Shown in pieces: positions 39,145 to 52,069 of a stretch of DNA of 64,000 nucleotides (positions are counted from its first letter, which is position 1; each line of letters starts with the position of its first letter). The DNA is from Eledone cirrhosa (taxonomy: Eukaryota). The DNA lies in contig OZ024742.1 of NCBI GenBank assembly GCA_964016885.1, positions 244,280,001 to 244,344,000 on the forward strand, in the 5' to 3' direction. The notes beneath the pieces are model-generated. The model saw only the letters and a list, made by a program, of their open reading frames with translations, made no database searches and was not told the origin of the DNA. A program made the position numbers and the translations under genes.

Positions 39145-39380
39145 TGATTTTGGCTTGGTTTCTACAGCTGGGTGCCCTTCCTAACGCCAACCGCATTTAC
39201 AGTGTGTCCTGGGTGCTTTTTGTCATGATACCTGCACAACCACTTCACAGTGTGGGCTGGATGCTTTTGTCATGACAACTACATGACCACTTTACAGTGT
39301 GGGGGGTGGATGTTTTTTGTCATGACAACTACAAGACCACTTTACAGTGTGGGCTGGGGACTTGGGTAGGGGAGGTGCAT
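39145..39380 (-). mobile_element. Meta-like SINE with 3-4 internal repeats of about 48 bp
   Basis: CTACAGCTGGGTGCCCTTCCTAACGCCAACC, then repeated ACCACTTTACAGTGTGGG...TTTTGTCATGACAACTAC. Confidence 0.75.
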
Positions 39381-39477
39381 GGGGATTATATATATTGCCT
39401 TTTCAGGGGTTGACTGAATAGATGCTTGTATTTGTTTGTTGTTTATGTCCATTTTTCTATGTACACATTTGCTAATA

Positions 39478-39478
39478 T

Positions 39479-39522
<44 letters not shown>

Positions 39523-39555
39523 CTACCTACATACATACCAACCTATATACATACA

Positions 39556-39587
<32 letters not shown>

Positions 39588-39897
39588 CACCTACCTACAT
39601 ACCTAACTACCTACCTATATACATACATACCTTCCTACCTACATACATACACACGTACACACATATATACATACACATATAGATACATGCATACACATAC
39701 ATACATCCATACACACACACACACATACACACACACACGCACATACATACATGCATGTATGCTTACATACATGCAAGCATGCATGCATACATACATACTT
39801 ACATACACACACACACATACATCCATACATATATACATACATACACACACATACATCCATACATACCCACATACACACACGCACATACATACCTACT
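39478..39897. repeat. (CA)n/(TACA)n microsatellite tract
   Basis: Direct inspection. Confidence 0.9.
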
Positions 39898-41484
39898 TAG
39901 AGTGAGTGATTAATTAGGAAGCTACAATGTCGTCCCTCACAGGGCTCTTAGATTTTTGTCAATAATGTAACATATGGTTATTAAAATATCTCTTATAACA
40001 GTTTCTATGAGTGAATTGAAACAGTGTAGTTTTTATATATATTGTTTAATATATAACTTAATGGAACTGCATAGGTAATTTAATCCTGATACAGATATAT
40101 GCTGTTTCAATTATTTATCCCTGATTCTAAATTAAATGTATTTATTTTCAGTAGTTTATTGTTTGTTAGAATGTTTTCCATGTTGGGTGCTTCTCTATTC
40201 TCTTTATTTAATGCTGTTTTGTAAAGAAACCTTTTAGTTTCTACAATCAAATTCTAAATAGAGGAAAGATATATTCTTCCATTTCTGAATATATATCTAC
40301 ACTTGTTTATAAATTCACAACTTTTTACAGAGACTAGTTGAAAAACATCTTCTTTATTTTCAATCCCTACAATTCTCTTTTAGTGATAATTTCATATTTA
40401 TTGTAGGCTTTTAAGTACCTTTGCTTTAAAAAATAAGATCAAAGAATTATATGAAATTGTTTTATCATTAACTTCAAAATCATCTCTAGACAAAAATAAG
40501 CAACCAAATTATTCAATAAAAATATACTTTCAGATATATTGCTCATTTATATCAGAACAGTTAATATATCCATTAAAGCATATGTATAAAAAAAAAGCTT
40601 AATATTCCCTCTAACATTAAACAATATTCCACTATTTTCTTTATCCTCAGTCATGATCCCACCATTACTATTACCATTAACAAAACCAATTTTAGGTTTG
40701 AAACTATTTTCAGATGTCAACCAATACTTTATTTTATTAATGATGAAGCAAATAGGGAACATTATGTTTTGTGATTTCAATGATCATTTCACACAATGCC
40801 ATCCATATTCGGTGTCAATTGGAGTACACGAGAAATCTATACAAATTCCACTGATGATTCTTGTAATTTTAGTTTCTGGTTTATATCAGCTACATCTGAG
40901 TATTGTTTGAACTAACTTGGTCTATCTAAACATCACATATTTGCTTACAGTTGGTGTTGTTGGTGTTGTTGGTGTTTTGTAACTAATGCTGATGTTGTTG
41001 TTTTTGCTGAGGTTGTAGTCGTTATTTTTTTGCTGCTGCTGCTGTAGTTGTTGCTTGTTGCTGCTGCTCATCTTAATGGCACTAGTTGGTCTTAATGTCA
41101 CTAGTTGGCCTTAATGGTACTAGTTAGTCTTAATGGCACTAGTTAGTCTTAATGGTACTAGTTGGTTTTAATGTTACCAGTTGTTCTTAAAGGTACTAGT
41201 TGGTTTAATGACACTAGTTGGTCTTAATGGTACTAGTTAGTTTTATTGGTACTAGTTTGTCTTAATGGTACTAGTTTCACTTAATATTACTAGTTGGTCT
41301 TAATGGTACTAGTTGGTCTTAATAGTACTAGTTGGTCTTAATAGTACTAGCTGGTAATAATGTTACTAGCTGGTCAGAATGTTATTAGTTTGTCTTAATG
41401 ACACACGTTGGTCTAAATGGTACTAGTTGGTCTTAATGGCATTAATTGGTCATTAAAAAAATGGTACTAGTTGGTCTTAATGAC

Positions 41485-42104
41485 ACTCTCTCTCTTGTGA
41501 CGCTAAACTCCGGAAGTTGCAGACTGCGCATTAACATGAGATAGCTCTCTCCACAAACTTCGATCACTAGCAGCAGAGTTCAAAGAGCAAAGATCAAATC
41601 CAGTCCATGAATTGATATTGTCAAGCCATCGTTTGGCTGCCAGCCTCTGCTTCTCTTACCAGCCAACCTTCCTTCCAGGCATAACCTACTCAGACCATGA
41701 GTTGATCTTTTTATATGGCCGTACAGTTTGAGTACTCTTGACTTGACAATTGATGTAATTGGTCTAAGTTTGGTAATGTTGAGCAGCTCATTGATCGGTC
41801 GCTGAGCCGCTTGCCAGTCATAAGTCTCATGATGGGGTTCTGGAATGTAAAGAGCTTCTGAAGTGACCTTGTCGTCCAATTAACACAGTCAAGACCATAT
41901 AATACAACTGGTAGGATGTAAGTATCAAAGATCTTAGCCTTCAAATGATAGGAAACTCGTTTTGATGTTAGTACTTCCTTGTTCTTGTTGAAAGCTGCCC
42001 AACCTAGAGCGATGCGATACTGCACAGCAACCATTCCATTGTTGTTTGATGATAGTTTGTGACCGAGATATACAAACTCTGTAACTTGAGCAATTTGCTG
42101 ATTG
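41485..42104 (-). mobile_element. RTE-like LINE 3' fragment (different family) inserted in the 19-bp satellite
   Basis: EFVYLGHKL, RIALGWAAF, ILPVVLYG and LKLYGHIKR...LEGRLAGKRSRG, with a (GA)n tail. Confidence 0.85.
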
Positions 42105-43600
42105 TAGTTGGTCTCAAAGTTACTAGTTGGTCTGAATGGTACTAGTTGGTCTGAATGGTACTAGTTGGTCTGAATTGTACTAGTTGGTCTTAATGGTAGT
42201 AGTTTGTCTTAATGACACTATTTGGTTTTAATAACACTAGTTGGTCATAACAGTACTAGTTGGTCTTAATGGTATTAGTTGGTGTTAACATTACTAGTTG
42301 GTCTTAATGACACTAGTTGTTCTTAATGGTACTAGTTGGTCTTAATGGTACTATTTGGTCTTAATGGTATTAGTTTGGTCCCAATGGTACCAACAGGTCT
42401 TAATGTTACTGGTTGGTCTTCATAGTATAAGTTGGTCTTAATGTTACTAGTTGGTCTTACTAGTACTAGTTGTTCTTAATGTTATTACTTGGTTTTAATA
42501 GTACTAGTTTGTCTGAATGGAAATAGATTGTCTTATTGACATTAGTTGGTCTTAATGGTGCTAGTTTGTATTAATGGTACTAGTTAGTCTTAATGATATT
42601 AGTTGGTCTTAATGTTACTAGTTGGTCTTAATGGCACTAGTTTGTGTTAGTGGTACCAAATGGTCTTAATGACACTAGATGGTCTTAATTTCACTAGTTT
42701 GTCTTAATGGTACTAGTTGGTCTTAACAGTACTAGTTGGTCTTAATGGTATTAGTTGGTCCTAATGGTACTAGTTGGTCTGAATGGTACCAGTTGGTCTT
42801 AATGCTACTATTTGGTCTTAATGTTACTAGTTGGTCGTAATGGCACTAGTTGGTCTTAATGCTAGTAGTTGGTGTTAATGACACTAGTGGGTCTTAATGA
42901 CACTAGTTGGTCTTAATGTCACTAGTTTGTCTTAATGACACTAGTTAGTCTTAATGTCACTAGTTTGTCTTAATGTTACTAGTTTGTCTTAATGATACTA
43001 GTTGATCCTAATGGTACTAGTTGGTCTTCATGGTACAAGTTGATCTTAATGACACTAGTTGGTCTTAATGACACTAGTTGGTTTAATATTTATAGTTGGT
43101 CTTAATGGTATTAGTTGGTGTTAACGTTACTAGTTGGTCTTAATGTCACTAGTTGGCCTTAATGTTACTAGTTGGTTTTAATGGCACTAGTTTGTGTTAA
43201 TGGTACCAAATGGTCTTAATGACACTAGATGGTCTTAATGTCACTAATTTGTCTTAATGGTACTAGTTGGTCTTAATGGCACTACTTTGTCTTAATGGTA
43301 CTAGTTGGTCTTAATGGCACTACTTTGTCTTAATGGTACTAGTTGGTGTTAATGGTACTAGTTAGTCTGAATGGTACTAGTTAGTCTTAATGGTACTAGT
43401 TGTTCTTAATGTTACTAGTTGGTCATAATGGCACTAGATGGTTTTAATGCGACTAGTTGGTCTTAATGACACTAGTTTGTCTTAATAACACTAGATAGTC
43501 TAAATGTCACTAGTTTGTCATAGTGTTACCAATTGGTCTTAATGACAATAGTTGGTCTTAATGACAATAGTTGGTCTTAATGTTACTAGTTGGTCATAAT

Positions 43601-43784
43601 TGTTTCTACTTTAGGCACAAGGCCAGCAATTACCCAGTGCATTACTGGTACTTTATTTTATCGACCCCGTAAGGATGAAAGGCAAAGTCAACCTCGGCGG
43701 GATTTGAACTCAGATCGTAAAGGGACGTAACTATGCTGGAAAGCATGGCGTCCGACCCTCCACCGATACTGCCAATCCACCGCC
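43601..43784 (-). mobile_element. Young full-length Deu/Nin-like SINE with 15-bp TSD
   Basis: CTAGTTGGTCATAAT at 43586-43600 and 43785-43799. The copy is CpG-rich with an intact head. Confidence 0.92.
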
Positions 43785-46627
43785 CTAGTTGGTCATAATG
43801 TTACCAATTGGTCTTAATGTCACTAGTTTGTCTTAATGGCACTAGTTTGTCTTAGTGTTACCAATTGGGCTTAATGACACTAGTTGATCTTAATGTTACA
43901 AGTTGTTCTTAAAGGAACTAGTTGGTCTTAATGATGCTAGTTGGTCTTAATGGTATTAGTTGGTCTTAATGGTATTAGTTCATCTTAATGGTACTATTTC
44001 GCCTTAATGATGCTAGCTGGTCTTAATGGTACTAGTTTGTCTTATTGACACTAGTTGGTCTTAATAGCACTAGTTTATTTCAGTGTTACCAATTGGTCTT
44101 AATGTTACTGGTTGGTCTTAATGGTACCAATTGGTCTTAATGGTACTAGTTGGTCTTAATGTTTCTGCTTGGTCTTAATGGTACTAGTTAGTCTTAATGG
44201 TTCTAGTTGGTCTTAATGGTACTAGTTTGTCTTAATGTTACTATTTCGTCTTAATGGTGCTAGGTGATCCTAATAGTAATAGTTGTTCTGAATGGTACTA
44301 GTTGGTATTAATGGTACTAGTTGGTCTTAATGGCACTAGTTAGTCCTAATGGTACCAATTGGTCTTAGTGTTACTAGTTGATCTTAATGGTGCTATTTGG
44401 ACTTAATGACACTAGTTGGTCTTAATGTTACCATTTGGGCTTAATGGTACTAGTTAGTCTTAATGGTTCTAGTTGGTATTATTGGTATTAGTTGGTCTTA
44501 ATGTTATTAGTTGCTCTTAATGTTACTAGTTGGTCCTAATGTTACTAGTTGATCTTAATGGTACTAATTTGTCTTAATAGTACTAGTTGCTCTTAATGTT
44601 ACTAGTTGGTCTTAATGTTACTAGTTGGTTTTAATTGGTTCTAGTTGGTCTTAATGTTACTATTTACTCTTAACGGCCCAAGTTAGTCTTAAACGTACTA
44701 GTTGGTCATATTAGCACTAATTGGTCTTAATGGTACTAGTTGGTCTTAATTGTACTAGTAGGTCTTAATGGTACTAGATGGTTTCAATGTTACTAGTTGG
44801 TCCTAATGGTTCTGGTTGGTCTCAATGGCACTGGTTTTTCTTAATGGGACCAATTGGCTTTAATTACACTAGTTGGTCTTAATGATACTGGTTGGTCTTA
44901 GGGTTATTGCTTGGTCCTAATGGTACTAGTTGGTTTTAATGGTACTAGTTGGTCTTAATGTTACTAGTTGGACTTAATGGTACTAGTTGGTCTTACTGGT
45001 ACTAGTTGTTCCTAATGGTACTAGTTGGTCTTAATGATATTAGTTGGTTTTAATGACACTACTTGGTTTTAATGGCACTAGTTGCACTAGTTGGTCTTAA
45101 TGGTACTAGTGGGGCTTAATGGTACTATTTGGTCTTAATGGTACTATTTGGTATTAATGGTACTAGTAGGTCCTAATGGTACCAATTGGTCTTAATGGTA
45201 CTAGTTTGTCTTATTGACAGTAGTTAGTGTTAATGACACTAATTTGTCTTAGTGTTACCAATTGGTCTTAATGACACTAGTTGGTCTTAATGTTACCATT
45301 TGGTCTTAATGGTTCTAGTTGGTATTATTGGTATTAGTTGGTCTGAATGATACTAGTTTGTCTTAATGTTACTAGTTGGTCCTAATGGTTCTAGTTGGTG
45401 TTAATGGTGCTAGTTGGTTGCAATGGTATTACTTGTTTTTAATGTTACTAGTAGGTCCTAATGTAATTAGTTGGTCGTTATGATACTAGTTGGTCTTAAT
45501 GTCACTAGTTGGTCTTAATGGTACTAATTTGTCTTAACGTTACTATTTCGTCTTAATGGTGCTAGGTGATCCTAATAGTAATAGTTGTTCTGAATGGTAC
45601 TAGTTGGTATTAATGGTACTAGTTGGTCTTAATGGTACTAATTGGTATTATGGTACTAATTGGTATTAATGGTACTAGTTGGTCTTAATGGTACTAGTTA
45701 GTCTGAATGGTACTAATTGGTATTAATGGTACTAATTGGTATTGATGGCACTAGTTGGTCTTAATGGTACAAGTTTGTCTTAATTGTACTAAATGGCCTA
45801 ATATACCTATGCTTTGGTTACGATTTCTAATGAAATATACAATGTGTCTGAATTATTTTTCTTTAATAAATAAGTATTTGAAACGATTTAATGAAATTTT
45901 TATTATTAACCTGCATTTTGTGATATAAAAGGTTGTTACATGAAATTATGGTGAGAGGTTCTAATTTACATATTTAAAATAGATCGTTTTGTATCATTTG
46001 ATGAGAAGCAGTTGCAGCCATGTTGGTAAGAAAGAGTTAAAATGTGTATGAGACCCCACCACTACTGCCACATTCAGAATGATAAACGTTTTTTTAGTAA
46101 GTATCATATCCGGACCTCTTCCTCTTTCTCAAGACTACTTATTCCTGTGGTAGAACTATAATATCTACACATCTTTCCAGATTCAGCTGTTACTAACCTA
46201 TATGAGAACTCTTATAGAGTTTTAAATAACTTTGACTAATTAGAATACAGGTGAAAACATACTATATTCCTTTAAAAAAATTAACCTCCCTTAATTATTT
46301 GTGTATCATAACAATTAGTATACACATTCAATGAAAATAACCTTCATATATAAACTATAGGTTATTTTCTTTTTACTACATTGTAAATGTTTGTGGCAGG
46401 TAGTGGTAACACTTACAGTTGGCTGTTTATGGAATTTGAAATGATAAGGCATGCCTGAATGAATCTTTCAAATTCATAGAATATCCTTGATATTATGAAG
46501 AAATTCAGCCGATTAAACTTTGAAGTTGCATACTATATTAATTTTTTATTATATTTATATAGTATATTTATTCTACATTTCTTGAATTCTCTGTTGTTTA
46601 TTAAATGTTGATAAAGATTACAGTATA

Positions 46628-46860
46628 TCATCATCATCATCAGCATTTTACATCTGTTTTCCATGCTTGCATGGGTTAGACAGGCCATCATTATCCAAGA
46701 CTAAATGGTTTAGAGAACCAATCTTGCTTATATGTTCCATAATTTAGCATGGTTTCTATGGTTGGATCTATTCCTCATGCTAACAACATTACAGAGTGTA
46801 CTGGGTACATTTCTTCATGGACCACCAGCATTAGAAAGGTTGTCATGTACTCAGTAAGAC
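46628..46860 (-). mobile_element. Degenerate Meta-like SINE
   Basis: (CAT)n...TTTTCCATGCTTGCATGGGTTAG...TTTCTATGGTTGGAT. Confidence 0.55.
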
Positions 46861-48459
46861 TGAAGTGTCCTCTCTACCCTATATTGTCTTTGTTTGATCC
46901 CACAGGTCCTTGACAGGAAAAATGGAAAAATTTTCAAGAAAGAATGAACCTCTAAAACTTAATTTACATACTTAGAATAAAATGTGATATTTATTTGTAG
47001 GAAAGGAACAACCATAGGCATATTTCAATATATGCCTGAGCAGTTGATAAACAATTTATTGCATATAAATAAAGAGTTACAAATAATTTATGCCAGTATA
47101 ATTTGCTAAATCGAAACATAATAATCAAATAACTCAAATAAGCCAATGGCATGGTTTTTGTTATATGTAAAAATCTTTGTGGTGAGGTTAAATAAATTGA
47201 GACATGCCCTTAGTTGTCCCTCACCAGCAGATTTTCTGCCAAACATGAAAATTAAATTTGACAAATTAATTTTTGATTTCTTGAAATTATCTCCTTTTTT
47301 CTTTAAGAATCCTTAGCAATTTCATCTGTTTTTGCGTCCTTTCTCAATCAGTTTTTTTTATAACAAAATTTAGAAACAACATGGAACTTGGCCATAATGT
47401 AAAGCCTACACTTTTCTCTGGCCACAACATAATAGAATGAACAATATAAAGCTGAAATGAAACTGTTAAACCTCACAAGAAGCACTCAAAATCTGTCCAG
47501 CATGAATTTCCAAAAGATTCATTGGAAATCAATTCAAAAAGTGACTGTAAAACAGAACTGGCTTGAAAGTCTCTCTAAGCAAAACAATAATCTGAAATTG
47601 AAGCAATTTATCTTTTTAAAGCTAGCTATATGGGTTAAATTTGTCCAAGAGTGAATGACCAAAATTTACAAATATGTTATTCTCATAGACAGAAAAAATT
47701 GATGACATAAATAACAAACATATCAAATCATTGAAATAAACAATTGAAATTAAAAATAAAATAAAACATTTTCTATGAAAAGAAAAGAATAGAAAGGGAA
47801 ACCAAAACTGTAGAAAACATAAAAAGCAATATAAAGTTCTCTATATGTTTGCTGTAAAATTGGATTCAGTGTATCATAAACAGGAAATAGTTTACTGACA
47901 GTAAACCCCACAAAGGGTAAGTGAAATATTGATTGAACGATTCAAAATTGAGTTCACAACCCCGATGGGGCGCAATGGAAATGAATAAATTTTGTGAATT
48001 CTTCAGTTATGTCGAGGCAAATGGAAACCATTGATTACATTGATATAAAGAATGAAGATATATCAGCCATAGTTTAAAGTTGGCAACAGGCTCTGGTGGA
48101 TTCTGGATAATTCTCTGAAAAACAAGGAAAATGGATCTCTCAAAACCACTTCGGATACTTTTCAGATACATTTCAGATACTTTGAAGTTGTAAGCTCCCT
48201 GAAATCTTAAAAGAAGAAATAATATGTCCTATCCACAAGAGAAGAATTAGAATAGATGCTAAAAATTGGAAGTCTCTCTCCCTGGCTTCACATATCAATA
48301 AAATCATGGCATGAATTATCAGAGAGAAAGCGATTACGTTTTTAGAGGGAAATGGTATGCTAATTGACAGTGTCCATTTGAGTAGAAGCTGCCTCACATA
48401 AGCTCTGCATCATTACAACTAGCATTACAATTTACAGAGTATACTGCAGTTGACAGAAT

Positions 48460-48790
48460 CAAAGGCTGCCACAAAATCCATGAAACAGGTGATGATTTCC
48501 TGCTCATAGCTCCAGCATTGTTCCAGAACCTTTCTCAAGGTGAGGATTTGATCTGCGCAGTCTCAGCCTTGATGAAAACCACACCGATTTGGTTAGGTGT
48601 GTTGATTATTCTAATGTTGAAATCTTCATAGGAGAATGATGCTGAATATGTTAGTCACAATATCTATCAAACTCCTGCCACAGAAGTTACTACAACAGCA
48701 GTTATCCAATATCTTGAAGAAAGGGAGAAGAACGTCATCACACCAATCTTGTGGAGAAGATTCCATGTCCTAGATAGGTTGTGATTGAGC
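48460..48790 (-). mobile_element. Highly degenerate LINE RT fragment
   Basis: The minus strand has remnants resembling GFHQG.DCADQILTLRKVLEQCWSYEQEIITCFMDFVAAFDSV. Confidence 0.6.
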
Positions 48791-49039
48791 AGATTTGCAA
48801 TTTAGTTGCATAATTGACGGAAACTGCCATCTAAATTCAAGAAATCTTTACCTTGGGTATCAAGGAGTTTCATGTAGGTGGACAGCCTTTCATGACTGAT
48901 CTTAGAAGTTGGTACAAATTTTGCAAACCACTGACAGAAGCTATATGCTTCATACCCAGAGCAATTGTTCACTGATAGTCATTGCAACAATCACAAACAG
49001 AGCAGGTTGCTTGCCTTCTGAGAAGCTAATAATTAATGA

Positions 49040-49268
49040 TTGCTGGGTAAAGAAGTGCCAAGAAATCCCAGTGGAAGGAAGACTCAGTAGAGGAAGACCA
49101 CGAAAAACATCGGCGGAGGTGGTGAGAGCAGACCTCAGATTGCTGAAGCTCATGGAGGAAATGACGAAGGATCGTGACAAGTGGAGAGATGCTGTGCTGA
49201 ATAGGACCTGTCCCACCCTTGCAAGCAGGGAAAAGCGGACGTAAAATGATGATGATGATGATGATGAT
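49040..49268 (+). mobile_element. RTE LINE 3' end, same family as 2262-5058
   Basis: CWVKKCQEIPVEGRLSRGRPRKT...LASREKRT* plus (TGA)n, closely matching 4822-5058. Confidence 0.9.
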
Positions 49269-50235
49269 CTCTGTTTCCAGCATGATTGGGCCTCTCAGTA
49301 AGTTTTATTATATGACCTGAGATCCAAAATTTTCAACTACATTTAGTACCCTCTAATATTTTATTCACAACTACTTGAAAGTTATGTTTTAGCTTGTGTC
49401 ACTCATTTTCAGTCATGTGTTCAGTTTGTTTTCAGGTGTGCTTTTATTGTGGTATCAGCATGACCGCTTTACTGAGTGAGCTGAGTGCATATTATTGTGG
49501 CACCAGCACTGACTTTTCAACACTAGGGTGCATGTTAAGCCATCAACCAGGGGATGAAGGGATGGATGGGATAATGGTGGGGGACAACTGCATATTGCTT
49601 GAGAGGGAGGGAATCATCCCTCAATGAGAAGTGGATACAGGAGAGGAGAATGCACTGGGTCATTGAGATGGCCTTGGAAAGAGTGTGACATCTGATGGAG
49701 CATTATGATGGGCACTCGTCTTTCCAGGCTGGCATGGTTGACTGAAGGTGGTAAGAGTAAGTAGTGGATTTCAAAGGAGGTGGGGGGGGGGGAGTCTTGC
49801 AGAGTGTAAATCAGTGTGTAATGTCTGGCAGTACACTGTTGGGTGCATTCTGGCATGGGCTGGATGAGGAAGGAGGAATCAAGGATGTGAGTTGGGGGTA
49901 ACTAAGGTGGGGGAGAGAAAGATTGAGTTCGTGAGGGAGATGACTAGATGAGGTAAATTATGAGTGGGTAATTGGGAGGGGTAGTTAGGAGGAGGTAATT
50001 GGGAGAGGACATATTGGCAGAAATGTTCTTTCTGCTTCTCTTCTACCATCCTCCCCATGCCTGTTTCATATGCTCTTGTGGGAAGGTGAGTCTTCTGTAG
50101 TATGGCAACAGCTCCTGAGTAAGGGTCAACTTCATGAGGTCAACCCCCATATGATCACATGTCTATACCAGTGCAGTCATCTCACTTGTACACTACCTCC
50201 AATTCTTCTTATGCTCAGTTTTTCCCTCAGTGTAC

Positions 50236-50270
<35 letters not shown>

Positions 50271-50429
50271 CACGCACATGTGTGTGTGTGTACAATTTAC
50301 TTAAACCTTAGTCTACGTGGTTTGCTATTTGGAGTTTTTTGTTCAGAATCTTCGAGCAATAGATTCATTGGAATGAGAATCTCTGAGAAGCCACTCTAAT
50401 AAACACAACTTTCAATAAATAATATTAAT

Positions 50430-50616
50430 TGTTTCTACTTTTGGCACAAGGCCAGCAATTATCCCAGTGTATTACTGGTACTTTATTTTATCGACCCCGT
50501 AAGGATGAAAGGCAAAGTTAACCTCAGCGGGATTTGAACTCAGTCCGTAAAGGGACGTAACTGTGCTGCAAAGCATGGCGTCCGACCCTCTACCGATACT
50601 GCCAATCCACCACCCC
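50430..50616 (-). mobile_element. Full-length Deu/Nin-like SINE with TSD, followed by a second partial copy
   Basis: TTCAATAAATAAT at 50411-50423 and 50617-50629. The partial copy spans 50630-50690. Confidence 0.88.
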
Positions 50617-50781
50617 TTCAATAAATAATTGTTTCTACTTTTGGCACAAGGCCAGCAATTACCCAGTACATTTCTGGTACTTTATTTTATTAATATTAAT
50701 CCATTCTTCCTAACAGTATTGAATACTTTTTTTGTTTAATTATATTTCCCACCTGTGTAAAACCATCATCTATTATGTGTA

Positions 50782-51247
50782 CTAGCAGAAAAACCACCCT
50801 AGGGTGGTTTTCTACTAGCATGTGTAGTGTGTATATTGATATTATACACAAATATATATGCATGTAGATATGATACATCAAATAAAATCGTAATTGACAA
50901 TATACACAGAAATTGAATCAGTAAAGTAATCCATGATACATTTAAAAAAAGACGATATTATATATAAACTGCATTAGGAGAAAATTAGCGACGGAAATAT
51001 ATGTGATATTTTTATAAGTGTTATAATATAACGGCCGCTAACCAGAAGTGTTGACATTTGAAAATTTTAAAGAAGTGAATCTTTAAATAAGCTATAAAAT
51101 ATATTTAATCAACAGCCACAAAATTTAGTAGATAAATTATGTAATATTCATTCATTATTTATTCAAAGTAATCCAACTTATTTTACAAACGGGTAAAAAA
51201 TATACTCTGGACGCAGTCCCGCACTCCTTTCTTTATTATAGTTTAGA
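50782..51247 (-). mobile_element. Non-autonomous Helitron
   Basis: The minus strand reads A|TCTAAACTATAATAAAG...AAAACCACCCTAGGGTGGTTTT hairpin...CTAG|T. This gives a 5' TC, a 3' hairpin plus CTAG, an A-T target and no TSD. Confidence 0.75.
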
Positions 51248-51484
51248 TGTGAATATATATGCTAGCATGCATAAAGGAATGTTAAACAGTGATTGTAATG
51301 ATGGTACCAATGTTGATGATAATGGTATATATATATAATGGTTAAATACACTCAGCCAGTATACAAGAGATGCAAGGTTCAATTTCTCACAAGCTTCTCT
51401 GTCCATTATTTTCCCCCTCCTGGGGTAATTTACATGATTTGTTTAAATATCATCTATAGTTATCAAATATTATTATTTTTATTT

Positions 51485-51665
51485 GCAGTGGATTGGTAGT
51501 ATCGGTAGAGTGTCGGATGTCATGCTTTCCAGCATAGAGTTACGTCCCTTTACAGTCTGAGTTCAAATCCCGCTGAGGTTAACTTTGCCTTTCATACTTA
51601 CGGGGTCGATAAAATAAAGTACCAGTAATGTACTGGGATAATTGCCAAAAGTAGAAACAATTATT
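51485..51665 (+). mobile_element. Deu/Nin-like SINE
   Basis: Same head and core as the other copies. Confidence 0.85.
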
Positions 51666-51706
51666 ATTCTTATCTGCATTGTGGTGACTATATATATATA
51701 TATATA

Positions 51707-52066
51707 TCTAGGGAGTGTAACTTGGAGTTATTGCAGGTTCACCCGGGTGAGCACTCGATGTTTAGGTTCACTTCTGTGTCGAGGTGTAGAGCTATACAGA
51801 GTGTAATATATTGAAAGGATAACAAGGACGATTGGTTACTCCTTCATTACATTTATTGGTAGGTGACGCGTGTTTCGCCACTGATTAGCTCAAGGTTTGA
51901 TCTGTATCGATCTTACCTGACTCAATAATCGGCAGCTCGACAATTATTGAGTCGGGTAAGATCGATACAGATCGAACCTTGAGCTGATCAGTGGCGAAAC
52001 ACGCGTCACCTACCAATAAATGTAATGAAGGAGTAACCAATCGTCCTTGTTATCCTTTCAATATAT
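51707..52066. mobile_element. Foldback element: head of about 100 bp plus 124-bp-arm palindrome, in (TA)n
   Basis: Arms 51806-51929 and 51943-52066 with 3 mismatches and a 13-nt loop. Homologous to 55396-55655 and 13600-13715. Confidence 0.85.
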
Positions 52067-52069
52067 ATC

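Larger units (their letters stand above)
41071..45800. repeat. Diverged satellite, 19-bp unit, roughly 200 copies, with two insertions
   Basis: Consensus CTTAATGGTACTAGTTGGT, interrupted at 41485-42104 and 43601-43784. Confidence 0.95.

Noticed and set aside
40547-40910. Short ORFs in unique-looking sequence
   Set aside because: They have no recognisable domain or exon chain, and their size is expected by chance.
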